Source of the DNA: Podarcis bocagei
Taxonomy: Eukaryota
Strand: one strand, 5' to 3'
NCBI GenBank assembly: GCA_964188305.1
Contig: OZ076885.1
DNA length: 64,000 bases
Under the pieces are notes generated by a model, which saw only the letters and a program-made list of their open reading frames with translations, was not told the DNA's origin and did not search any database. The position numbers and the translations under genes were made by a program. This document shows positions 36,795-49,302 of this stretch, one piece after another. Numbering within the stretch: the first letter of the stretch is position 1; each line of letters opens with the position of its first letter.

Positions 36795-39700
36795 TCTGGA
36801 GATTGCCTGGCACATTGGCCGGTGGGCTGGAGCCAGCTGGAGCCAGCTTGGTTGCATGCCAACAAGTGGTGCATGAGGTTTCAAGGGGTCTTGACACTCA
36901 ACTAGGGTCTGTGTTCCTTTGGGGTAAATGAGGTGTGGTGGAGTCTGTCTGCAGTGTCTTTGAAATATGATTTATTTAAACATATTTACATTGGAAGCTT
37001 TCAATGGAGAAGGATTTCACAGTATTCATATCTCAAGAGAAACCCGACCTTCACACGGGTGCAGCACTGGAGTTCAAAGAATCTTGCACATTATCTCTGT
37101 GCCTCTGTCCCAGCCTGCCAAGATGGTTCTACCCCTGAAGTACTAGCCCCACCCTTCTCCTTCCCAAAGATCCTTGTCAGGAAAAAAAAAAATCCAAGCC
37201 TCGTGTAAAACAACACTTTTTTTCCTGTGGGCACAGCCTGCCCCCTCCCCTGTTTTCGTACGTCATGGAAGCTGAAATCCTAAACCTTTCTCTTCCCATG
37301 GTAACCATGGGAACTCCTCCCTCTGTCCACCAGACAAAAAATGTCTTGCCCTGATGATGGTTTTCATTGACGGGTTAATGACTTGCTTCCAGAACCTTTT
37401 GCCATTCTTTCCGACCCCTATCCGGGTGAGGTCTTGGCCTGGAAAAAGATGCTTAGCCTTCAATACTTCAAATATTATCTAAACTCTTCCACTTATTACT
37501 TTCTAACATTTACTAACTCTTGTTACCTGTTGTCTGTAAACTGAGCCTCTGTGAAAGAAAGGGCAGCTTATTAACAACAGACCAACTTCTGATCGTAAGA
37601 AGGGAAACAGTGGCATAAAGGAGGCAATATTGTACTGGGAAGAAAAGAATCATACAAAGAGAGAAAAGGCAGCAATCAATTTTTAAAAAATGAGTAAAAG
37701 TGGGAAGGAAAACTAGAAGAAATAAAAGTGTTGGCATCAAGAAAACAGTGGTGGAAGAAAACATATTGAAAGAACATTTAAAAAGAGAAATGACTGAAAT
37801 TCCAGAACAATTTCTGTGAGCAGAAAGAAATATCTATATATATCTATAGTTGGGGGTGGGGGAAGTAACAAAGTGAAAGACAGCGACATTTGTATAAAAG
37901 ATATAAAGAAGTGGGCAGAGTATACAAGATTCATTTATTTAGATTTTTGTTCCAACTTTCCACAAAACAGCTCAAGGTATACAGAGTTCTGAAACAAGGT
38001 TTTTCACATAACAATACAAAAGAGAGAGAAAGTTTAGCTGGCCTGAACAATCTATACTTTCCTTATGCTGGGTGAAAATATATGCTGCTACTACACAATG
38101 ACCAGTGAATTGTATACCAGCTATGCCTGGGAAGAATAGAGGGAAAACACACTTCCAGAAAATGAAAAGGCAGCAGAAAGGCCAGCAGATAAGATTCAGG
38201 TATTCCAGGAAAACCACCAGAACCCACAAATTACATGTCCACATGTCACATGGTTGCACTGGTGCCAATGTACACAAGCTGACCAGAGACTATGTCTGTC
38301 ACGTTTACATGCCCCAAATGTGGAACCAATACAATCAGGTAGGAACAGTAGGTGGTGCCAATGCAACCCCATGGTGCGCTCTGCTAAAACACCAGCGCAT
38401 GAGGTGACGTGAATCCCACCATAGGTTCCCCCTTTTCCAATGGAAGAAAGATATGCAATCATGTAGTCGCCATGGGAATCTCATGGTGTGCTCTGTCAAA
38501 GTCCAAGCGGACGTTCTCAAACATGCAACTCCTTGGCCACAGCTGCTTCTGCAACAATGTATTATGGCTGTCCTGGTTGACTGCCAGTCACATGTTGACA
38601 CTTCCCCTTTGTTAATGGCTGCCCACCTCCTTTCCCTGGCTGGTTGCATTGCTCCTTTTCAAGCTGCCCCATCCTCCTTGGTGAATGACTGCCCATGGCT
38701 ACCCAACAAGCAGGGCTTCCTGCACAGCCCCAGCATTCCCTTCCCTTAGCTTATGCTGGGTTGTCCAGGAGGGCTGATGAAGACTGCCTGGGGATGTGCT
38801 TGCCCATGCCACTTTGAGAGCTCCACTCTGAGTCAGAAGAGGTATCAGAAGAGGATTCCCAGGTACAGCCCCTAGTGGAACAGAAACAATCTATGTGGTA
38901 AATACAGGTGACTAGGGGTGGCAACAATTCACATCATTGAGGATGTTGTGGAGGACAGAGAGACAAAGAGCAGGTGTGGTGCCCTTCGTGGCTTCATCTC
39001 CCTGTTGGGAATACCCATCGCTGGTCTGGCATGGAGCTTCTCAGGCTGCCTGGTGTGAGTGGATGGACTTTTCTCAATTGGCTGTATGCAGGTCAGTTTT
39101 GTTGGATATGGGGTGGAGCTCCTCATGGTCTGCACAGGAAAATGGACTGTGTAGAGCAAAGGCAGGTGGAAGAGAGAGCAAGCAACAAACAATGATCAGC
39201 ACCTGTATGCAGTGTTAGCCCTCTGTGGAAGGCACTGCTCCCTGCTACTTGACAGGAAGAGCACTAGGAGCAATATAGTTGAGGCAAGACCCAGTTTTCA
39301 TTTATAGCAATCCAGGAGATACATGAGAGGCAATCACAGGGCAGTCATCCTTTGTAGCACACTTCTTCCTCTTCCCTTGTTTACCTGTGTGGGGTGCTCC
39401 TGGTACTCCAGAGTGGGGCTTACCTGTAAGTGGGGCTGAGTGCCTCTCCTGGGTATCAGGAACACTTTTTCTCTCTGTTGGTGGAGGGAATGGGAGTTCC
39501 ATGAGACAAGAGTATTCATAAAGGAATAAGGAAGAGATGTGAGAAAGTTGCAACAGATATGCATTACAGCAAATGTTCCCCCTTCCCTTGCTCACCTGAG
39601 TGTGGTGCTCTGCCTGGCCCATCCAGTTGTTGGAGTGGAGTTTGCTGATAGGCGTTTGCATCTGGTCCAGAGGTGAGGTCCTGTTCTGGTTCTAGGCCAA

Positions 39701-40494
39701 TGCCATGACTGTTGTGTGCAAGTCCCTAGGGGTGCTCTTGTCCAAAGTACTCTTTCTTCACAGTTTCCCCTCACCAAAAGTTCCCCCTTGTGAGGAAACA
39801 GTGTGAGTGACATGGGGTCAGGGAGATGTAACTCTATAACGCATGCCTTGTCATCTGACCTGTAGTATCCCTATGTGAAGTTTATACACTGGTGGTGGTG
39901 TGGTGCAACAGGGACCATATGCTCTGTCATGATAATGTGTCTGGGGCGAGAGGCAGGAGGGCTATTTATAATCCCACCTCCCTCCACTGAAGTCAATCAC
40001 TGGAGTTTGGGAATACCACCAAAAGGTGGTATTCAACTAAGTTTTACTCAAAGTAGATTGAAATGAATGGCTCTTCGTAATGTTTACTAATTTCAGTGGG
40101 CCAAGACACAGTAAATTTTAGCTGAATAGCATCCTAATTATTTTGGGTTTTATAAAGTCTTATGTTTTCCATACGAATTGTTTTTGTGATTTTTAATTGT
40201 TTTACTTACATGTATTGTTTAGAGAAATTTATTAACCAGGTTACTTAAAATGTAAAAAACCCCAAAACCCTCACTTGTCTTTTTTTGGCGTTGACACAAT
40301 GTCCTCCTCGTCCAAGTGGCACTCTACTTTCCCCCACTAAATCCAGATACACTAAAACACATTGTGGGCAGTTGTGTTTCAAACAAGAAAGTAAAAGTGC
40401 TGATTTTTTTATTGGGCACCATCTATCGTCATTTATTAGCACATATGATTGAATGTATATATGATGCATGAGCTGTTGAGAGAAATGAGAGGCA

Positions 40495-42641
40495 GATGGG
40501 GCTCCTCAACCTGGGAAGGTAGACCATGTAGCAGAAGCGAAAATCTGATCCTAAACCTCTGCTGCCTTGCAGCCATACTCATTCGTGAGAAAGCCTTTGG
40601 GGGTAAACTCAGAGGAACAATCCATATTTGCTGTCATGTGGGACACCTTTGGGAGAAGAAAAGGGTAAGGAGAAAACCCTACACAATTCTGGAGTGGAGT
40701 CCCTCCTTCCAGCAACTCCTGCAGCCAAGTTGGTGCCAAAGGTATTCCTTTCCTTTCGACTACAACAGCTAGATGGAGGAGATGAGGTTCTGTTGTCTGG
40801 GCAGCCCAAGACCTCCAAACACACTGCCCTGGTTTGCATGCTGGAGAGGTCACGTTGGTGATGCTAATGCAAAACAATGCTGGATGCAACAGTTACGAGT
40901 TATAAGCTCAACCTGACTGGCATAAGGTACAAGCGTTACGGGTTGCTTTTGTCAGTAGAAGTGGTCATCAAGCCAGGCAGCCCCAGGTTAATACATTGCT
41001 GACCCGCACACAGGTCAATGACTAATGGAACACAGCCATCGTTAACTGTGAGAGGGAAACACTCAACACTGACATTGCCACTCTGCAGGAGACTAGACTC
41101 ACATCAAATGGCTGTCTCTGAGAGAAGAACTACACCCTTTTCTGGCAAGGAGGGAATCCATGGCATAGGTTTCACAGTGAGGAACCCTCTTCTGTCTGCG
41201 AAAGAATTGCTGACCAAGGGCTCAGAACACTTGCTTTCCTCTGGTCCGGTTAAGATCTTGAGCGTCTGTGCTCCCATTATGTGCTCTGACATACAGACCG
41301 AAGACCAATTCTACGAGGAACTAGGCACATTCTTCTCTATCAAGGCAAAACAGCAAATGTCCTGGAGGCATCCAAGGTCAGGCCAATGACACCAGCTGAA
41401 CTTGATTGTCATCAGGCTATCAGCCCTGAACTGTGTTCATGTTGCATGGAGCTACCAAGGTGCCGACTGCAACATGGATCAGTCCCTGTTGACAAGCAAG
41501 ATCCCTCTCCAGCCAAATAGGTTCCAAAGCACAAAGCAGGAAGTGTGGACACGAATCAACACTGCTAGAACAGCCAACTTTGTGAATGTTTCTCCAATTC
41601 CGATGAACAGGTACTAGAGAGCCAGTGTGGTGTACTGGTTAAAAGCGGTAGACTTGTAATCTGGTGAACCGGGTTCGCGTCTCCACTCCTCCACATGCAG
41701 TTGCTGGGTGACCTTCGGGTAGTCACACTTCTCTGAAGTCTCTCAGCCCCACTCACCTCACAGAGTGTTTGTTGTGGGGGAGGAAGGGAAAGGAGATTGC
41801 TAGCTGATTTGAGACTCCTTAGGGTAGTGATAAAGCAGGATATCAAATCCAAACTCTTCTTCTACTGAACTTCCCAAGAGACAGCACTGAAGTAAGGTGG
41901 AACTACATCAAAGAGGCAACCTACAACACAGTGATGTCCTCCTTTGGCAAAAGAGAGCAGCAGGTCCCTGGCTGGTTTGAGGCTGGCATTAAGGACACAG
42001 ATCCTGTTATTGCTGCAAAGCACGAGGGCCTTGTGAACTACAAGTGCACACCCTTCAAGAAGTTGCTTGCTGCACTGAGAAAGGCAAGGAGCGATGCCTA
42101 GAGGATTGCCAGATGATGTGCCAATGACTACTGGCTAAAGATGGACCAGACCATTCAACTCACTGCTGACAGTGGCAACTTTCACAAAATGTATGTAGGC
42201 ATGACGGAAGCCTTCAGGAAAACTGCACCACTGAAAACCTAATCTGGAGAGATTATCACAGACTGCAGCAAGCAGATTAAGTGATAGGAAGAGCAGCAGT
42301 TGACAGCATCCAGACTTGGAAAAGCTGGATGCTCCTCCCTTCCTTGACAAGCTGAAGAACACCATCAACTCCATGGTTATGTGGTTAAGTCTCAGGACAG
42401 GACAGAATGCCAACAGCACTGTTAAAAGCCAGCCTCAACTCCTTCCTCGTGACACACCTCCACGGACTTCTCTCGCAGTGTTGGGAAACTGGACACCTTC
42501 ATTTGCCCCAGCTGCAACAAAATAAATCTCTCCCATATTGGTCTCTACAGCCACAGCAGGCGCTGTAACGCCCCAACAATTTGACTTTACCCTCAAAGGC
42601 GCACTCTTCCATTGTCTACCAAAACAGATAGATGCCAACAA
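40495..42641 (+). mobile_element. Decayed RTE-clade LINE with both ends but most of RT deleted
   Basis: RTE-type 5' UTR; AP-endonuclease remnants HGIGFTVRN, KILSVCAP...DQFYEEL, GADCNMD; C-terminal FICPSCNK...SHIGLYSHSRRC; interrupted by a SINE. Confidence 0.8.
41617..41863 (+). mobile_element. Squam3-type SINE nested in the RTE LINE
   Basis: Homologous to 27710-27962 over its full length; CTT tail. Confidence 0.9.
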
Positions 42642-42693
42642 AATATACTTAAAATGTGGAATAGTGGTCATTACAGTAGTGGCAGTAGTCATT

Positions 42694-42710
42694 GTAGTAG
42701 TAGTAGTAGT

Positions 42711-42753
<43 letters not shown>
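42694..42753. repeat. Compound microsatellite (GTA)6(GCA)14
   Basis: Read directly. Confidence 0.97.
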
Positions 42754-42755
<2 letters not shown>

Positions 42756-43558
42756 TGTATTTGGTTTTGAATGTGGAATTTGTATGGCATTTGTTATATT
42801 GATTCCTTTTTGTTTGAGATCTGTCAACGGCTTAGAGATTCATGTTGGAAGATGCAGCGGTATAAAAAATAAATAAATAGCTGAACACCCTCTGTCAGTT
42901 TTGAGTGTTAGCTGGCCTGGCCTGTGACTCCGAGGATTTAAAAAGAAAGAGGCAAGCGTGTGTGTCGGAAACTGAGGAAACGCAAATGCTCAAGGAGGAA
43001 ACTGCACTATATTCACAGTTTCCGTTTTTGTTTTAAAATTATCTTGCTCCCTTGGGGCTGGGGGAATAATTTAAAAGGAAATGCACTTTCGCATACTCAG
43101 GATGTTTGCTGAGTTATGTAGCAACCTGTTTTCTTTGTTTATTTCGAGATGGGCCCGTTTTGCTTCCAAAGTGAATGGCTCAGGGGCCCCACTCACTTCA
43201 CAGTTGCAAGGAAATTAGGTTGCTGATGAATTGCCTGGTGCTACGAAGCAACATGTCTGGATGTGAGTTTCTCAGGAGCGTCAGATTGGCCACCGATAGA
43301 GGGAAAAGTTCTGGAGAAGACAGGCATTTTGTGTGATCCAGGAAAGCAATCCTTGTGGGTTTTTTATTTATGTCTTTGATAAAATGCTGTTAGAGAACCT
43401 TGGGGAATCCAAAGAAATAAAGAGCCAAGGCTGTATATGTACCATACGCAGAAAGTCTGAGGATATTCTGTGCATTCTCCTTGAAATAATGAGCAGTTCT
43501 GGTTAGCCTGTCCATACAGTGATCAATTGATGTCGGGCAATGAGTCACAACACATTGA

Positions 43559-43560
<2 letters not shown>

Positions 43561-43595
<35 letters not shown>
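43561..43595. repeat. (TG)17 microsatellite
   Basis: Read directly. Confidence 0.97.
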
Positions 43596-43597
<2 letters not shown>

Positions 43598-44499
43598 CTG
43601 GGAGAGAAAGAATCTTGGCTTAGCAGGAAAAATCCTCCTGAATAACATAGGAGCAAGGAAGAGAAGATAATCTTTTTAAAAAAGATAACAGATCACTGAG
43701 AATAAAACAACAAAAAGAATAGTTCCCTACCCATTACTTCCCACTGTGTGAACTTTTGACATATCCGCAAACTCTTCCTTTCGCTTGCTACTGCTGTTGT
43801 ACTGCTCGCTGTACAGCTTTAAGGACATCTGTTCAACAGCATCTCTTTGTGCTTCCAGATAGCATAGCTGAACCTCAGCCTAGAAAAAGACAACAATAAG
43901 AAATAAAATCCTTTGTTTTCATTCACAAGGAATACATGTATAAAGTCGCTGCTTTGGGGCCCAATGAGCACTCAATCCAAAGTTATAATGCATAGTGGTA
44001 TTAAACATTATCCTAATATTGATTAGGTGGTTCTTTATGCATTAAATTGGTGTAAAATTAAAAGGGCAATAGCCTACAAAACACTCCTGATCATCTGATG
44101 TGGTATTGTTTAGAATTATTATTATCATTAATTACCCGCCCTTCGCCATAAAATCGGGGAGGTGGGGGTGTTACAACAATTTAAAATACAATATTATTTT
44201 TTTTAAAAAAGAAAATTACAAAAATCACAAAACACAGTAATCATCAACACCATCAAAAGTTCATACATGCTTATATTATATTTTGATTTCCAATCGCCTT
44301 GCATTATAAATCTTCAAGACCATTTTCTAAAAGGAAATTCTTGGAAACAAATAGCAATTGGCTTTGGCATAACCCCCAGTACACCACAGTGGTGTTTTTT
44401 CTAGGAACAGAGATGCTATCAAGCAGCTATGGTACGCGACGATGTCACAGTTCCTGAGAAGAAGGTGACTAATTTGAAAAGAAATGGTACCATAAAGAG

Positions 44500-44835
44500 T
44501 CATTGCTGCTCAAATGACACATACAAAAATAAATAGCTTTAAAAAATAAAGAGTTAAAAATAGTTAAAAACAAAACACAACACAACAATGCACCCTCCCA
44601 CAAACACATTTAAAAGGCTGTAGACTATTAATCAGCCTAAGGCCTGGTTGAAGAGGAATGTTTTTGCCTGGTGCCTAAAGATGTATATTGAAGGTGCCAG
44701 ACGAACCTCCCTGCAGAAAAGGCCCCCTCTGGACCTCTCATGCGCACATAGAAGGGCCTCAGTTGATTATTGCAGAGTTCAGGTGGGTTTATATGGGGAG
44801 AGGCAGTCCTTGAGGTAATGCTATCCTGAGCCATA
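44500..44835 (-). mobile_element. L2 LINE 3' fragment
   Basis: Shares TATGGGGAGAGGCAGTCCTTGAG...ATCCTGAGC and GAAGGGCCTC with the L2 at ~52060-52125. Confidence 0.7.
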
Positions 44836-46749
44836 TCATCCAGATTTCAGTTATTTCTGGCTTACAATTTACTCAGATTCATTTGTCCCGAGCCAACATA
44901 TTTTTGCACTGTGGGATTTCCGGCACACACTCAATATCACTTGTCCACAAGTACTTCCCAATTTGGGTCAAAGGAAGGGCAGACTGAACTCGCAAAGGGG
45001 TGTACGTACAAAGACACCCTCTCTACTGAAGTGAATAAGGAAGATTCATGAAAAAAGTTCTGTGTATTATCAGACTGCACATGAGGATTTGAACTGGAGG
45101 ACGCTGTCCTCTGTCCTCCTACAAAACCAGCTAAATAGGTAAACACTTTTCTCTTCACCCATTGTTTCAATATTCCAGATATTCCAAATGTGCAAAGACA
45201 CATAACAGGACTCAGCAAAGAGGCAGATTTACAGCAAGGGCTTAGCTTTGAATTGTCCTTCCCAATGGCTTCTTGGAAATACAGAGTATTTGTGGGGACA
45301 CAGGCAATGTTTATCTTCATTTCAGTGTATATATAATATTGTTCTGCCCTGGAGAGCTGCTGCCAGTCCATGTAGACAATATTAGGTTACACAGACTAAT
45401 GCTCAGCCTGTGTTCCCAAGACTTACTTATTCAACCTGTGGAATTTATGTTCTGTTTAGCACTTGCCTAATGCTTCACATGTCATTCTTTCTGCTCAAGT
45501 GTTTGTTTGACTAATGGTGTAAATAAAAACAAAGGCATAGCATTCTCACTGCACCAATCAAACCTTCCCAAAGATTACTCAGCAACCTGAACTTTAAGCA
45601 AGATGAAGTCGATTAGCGCTGGTGTTTTCTTTTAGACTATTTCCTGGTCAAAAGAATGTGGAATAACATCTGGCTTCAGAACCTATTGAATAAAGTACTT
45701 TATCTATTGCAGCTGTGTTGATGAGCTGGATTCTTGAGCTCAGAGCACCAGATGACATGGGGATGGGTTTGGCCATTTGCCGTAATTGCCCCTGGATTGC
45801 TGGGAGGACTACAGAAGCGAAGTTGAGCTCAAGAGCACTTTGGGGCCAATATGGTGTTGTTACAACACACTCCACTAAAATGCAAACACGCCAATTAAAA
45901 TGACAGCAAGCTTCAACTCCCCACCCCCCACCCACACTCTGTGTCCCTTTTCCCTTGTGTGTAGTGGGGTGTTTTTTTAAAGAGTGTAAGCCTGCTGGCA
46001 GGGACTGTCTTTTTTTTAATTGATTGTATGTAAGCCTCTCCAGGAGCCTGAAGCGCGAGGTACAAATTTGACAAATAAATAAATAAAGGGATTCAGAGGT
46101 GGAGAACCGACTGAGAACCTAATGGGCTACAAGGCAGGCTGAGAAGGGGCTGTGACTATTCAAAAATGTCCCAAACTGTCCAAAGTTGCAGGCAGCTATG
46201 TTGATCTATTGCCACACAGAAACGCAAACACACACACCAAAGAAAAGCGGTACATAGCACAACAACCAATTTATTAGGATCAGCATTTCTGAGATCCTAT
46301 GTATAGTTTCCAGGGAGTACATTCCGCTGAACTTAGTGATGCTTGCTTCTGACTGCAGCATGCAAAACCCACTGAGCTTTAACCAAAGGTCTTCAGTCAC
46401 CTGAAATGCAGTCTTTAGATTTTAATTACAAAATGCAAACAATCATGCAAAGAAGTGTCTCCATTTAAACTGGCAGTGTGAAGAAGGAACCCCGTCAAAA
46501 AAAGAAAAAGAAAAAAGAAATAAAAGACTCAACCTCTACTTGATTGCTATTCTCATTCTCTGACTTATGCTAATATGTCACAAGCAAACTTGAAAACTTC
46601 ATTAGCACCTGATTCAGTTACCAGAGCATGGAAGGTCCCCGCCACATTACCCTGATGCTCTGACAGATGACCTCAATGCCCAGAAGCTGGGCTCCTCTGC
46701 ATTCCCTGTCCACTTCACCATTGCCTAAAGTAGCAGTTTGTTACATGCA

Positions 46750-47267
46750 AAGCCTGTGGTAGAGCACAAGCCTTGTATGCAAAAGGTCCCAGGTTGAGTC
46801 CCTAGTGTTGTTGTTGTTTAGTCATTTAGTCGTGTCCGACTCTTCGTGACCCCATGGACCAGAGCACGCCAGGCACTCCTGTCTTCCACTGCCTCCCGCA
46901 GTTTGGTCAAAGTCATGCTGGTAGCTTCAAGAACACTGTCCAACCATCTTGTCCTAGGTCGTCCCCTTCTCCTTGTGCCCTCCATCTTTCCCAGCATCAG
47001 GGTCTTTTCCAGGGAGTCTTCTCTTCTCATGAGGTGGCCAAAGTATTGGAACCTCAGCTTCAGGATCTGTCCTTCCAGTGAGCACTCAGGGCTGATTTCC
47101 TTAAGAATGGGGAGGTTTGATCTTCTTGCAGTCCATGGGACTCTCAAGAGTCTCCTCCAAGTACATTCAGGTAAATCTGGAGAAGACTTCTGCCTGAAAA
47201 CCCTAGAAAACAGCTGCCAATCAGTGAAGGATACTGAGCTAGATGGATAAATGATCTGACTTGGTAC
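46750..47267 (+). mobile_element. Squam2-type SINE split by a BovB insertion
   Basis: Head GTGGTAGAGCAC...AAAAGGTCCCAGGTTGAGTCCCT ends at 46806; body resumes at 47161 (CAGGTAAATCTGGAGAAGAC...CTGCCAATCAGTG). Confidence 0.75.
46807..47160 (-). mobile_element. BovB (RTE) LINE 3' fragment
   Basis: Translation RVPWTARRSN...FGHLMRREDSLEKTLMLGKMEG...WRALVHGVTKSRTRLND, then a (CAA)n tail. Confidence 0.95.
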
Positions 47268-47624
47268 CCACTGTTTCTAAGGCCACAACTTATGCCATCA
47301 GCTGCAATGTACACAGAGAATGCGACCATCTCTTCTATAATAAGGAAACGCCTGTGCACATAGGGTTGGCAGCACTGCCCAAGGCTCCAATCGTAACTAC
47401 AGTTGTTCAGAGATGGTAATATAAATTGGAAGTGATGGCAGTTAGGAACGGGGCCCATATATGTTAAAAGGCACCAGTCCTCTCAGTTCCCTTTTAGTTC
47501 AAAGTGCTGGTTTTCTTCTCTAAAGCTCTAAATGGTTTAGGATCCCTGTACCTAAAGGGACACCTCTACCATACGAACCTTTCCACACTCTTTGGTCTTC
47601 AGAGAGGGGGAGGAGCTGCTATGT

Positions 47625-47860
47625 GAACATAGGAAGAACCCAAAACAGCCCATTGGATCTGCCTACAGCCAATCTAGTCCAGCATCCTGTTCTCACAGTG
47701 CCCAACCACATGCCAGTGCGAAACCTGCAAGCAGGATCTGAGCATAACAGCACTCTCACCTCCTGTGGTTTCCAGCAGCTAGCAGTCAGAAGAATTACTG
47801 CCTCCAACCTTGGAGGCAGGGCATAGCAGCCAATAGCCTTTTCCTCCATGAATTTTAATT
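47625..47860 (-). mobile_element. Older CR1 subfamily 3' UTR
   Basis: AACATAGGAAGA tail; ATCTAGTCCAGCATCCTGTTCTCACAGTG motif. Confidence 0.7.
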
Positions 47861-49248
47861 ATAAGCCACATTTCTAGAGAAAGGGATATCCACTCAAGTG
47901 TCTTGGACTGTGTGCACGTCCTCCTTTCATCTAAGGTGGGCCTGAGGGTCAGAGAGGACAGGGCCCTCTTGGCAGTCAGGTTATGGAATATCTGTTTCTT
48001 TGAGACGTTCTCCTAGCTACCTCCTGATATTCTTTCAGGCACCAACTGAAACCTGTATGTACATGTGTGTGTGTGTGTGTACGCAGGTATGCTTTTCAAT
48101 AATGTATCCAAAGTTTACATCTGTGGCTTTGATGGTTGCTGCCTGTTTTAAATCATTTGCTGCTGCTGCTCACTACTCTTGCATTTTGTCTTTCGTCCAA
48201 TGCACTGGGGTTGCCTGTTTGCTTTTCAGCATTTTAACTGGTGTTGTTAGCTGCCTTGTGGCCTCCAATGTGGAGCTGAAAAGCGGGGTAGAAATAAGCC
48301 AATAAATAAGCCAATAAATAAATATTTATTTATTTATTTCTCCACGATGTGGAGAACTTGGAAGAAAGAGTGACTCCTGCTGTAGAAGTATGCTATAGAA
48401 ATAATCAAACCAAATAATATGAGGGTTCCAACATACTTTTAATTTAGTGCAGCATCATTCATTGTCAAGGAATGATGTAACTAATTAAAAGGGTAAGACT
48501 ACAGATAGATCATGTGTGCATATGAATACACACATGCACATTCCATGGCTGGAACAGACTCATGTCTACAGATTCCAAAAAACTCCATTAATGAGTACAA
48601 AGAAAGGAAAATCAGATGCTCCCTTAGCGAGCCAGGTAATTTCTCTTCCGTGGAAAACAAATTAAATTTCTTTCTCAAAGAAGTGTCTCACAAATCACCA
48701 GTGTTTATTGGTCTGATAGTTTTGGCTATCTGGCATTGTTCGCAACATACTTCTGATTTATTCCTGTCAGAAATACACCGCATTTGTATTTTAGATATCG
48801 TCATTATTATTAACATGTTGTCAGTAGCTGAAAACTTTCCAAAATTAAGTATCTTCTGGAATAAAGTTTTCTATTGCTGTTGTCAATATGCAACTAGCAA
48901 ATGGCTCTTGCATTCTACAAAAACTGATACATCTTCTTAGCTGCCGGCAGTGCCTCATCCTGAAATAGCTGGAGAGAGTAAGTCTGACACAGGGGACTGA
49001 TGCTGCCATTTGCATCTGAGAAGACCTGACTGAGATAAATGTTGGAACAGCTACCTTCCATCTTCTCTGGGTCCACGTACATCACTATGCCCTCAGGGAA
49101 GGCAGAAGACAAAAAGCCTAAGTCAGGGAGTTCATGTCCTCAGCTCCTGAGAAAACAGTGTTTCTAAATATTTGGTAACGTTTTTTTCTTTTTAGTATAT
49201 TTTGTAAAATGCCTCAGGGATCTTAGCAACATGGTGGCACATGCTTGC

Positions 49249-49302
49249 AATCAATCAATCAATCAACCAACCAACCAACCAACCAACCAATCAATCAATC
49301 AA
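49249..49302. repeat. Compound tetranucleotide repeat (AATC)n(AACC)n(AATC)n
   Basis: Read directly. Confidence 0.95.

Noticed and set aside
42435-42876. Poly-Ala/Thr/Val ORFs resembling a transcription-factor tract
   Set aside because: Produced by the GTA/GCA microsatellite next to RTE sequence.
44937-45371. 144-aa minus-strand ORF
   Set aside because: No recognisable domain, starts in a SINE remnant, no supporting exon chain.
48941-48977. 37-nt AG...GTAAGT micro-exon candidate
   Set aside because: Short pyrimidine tract and no neighbouring exons; expected by chance in 64 kb.
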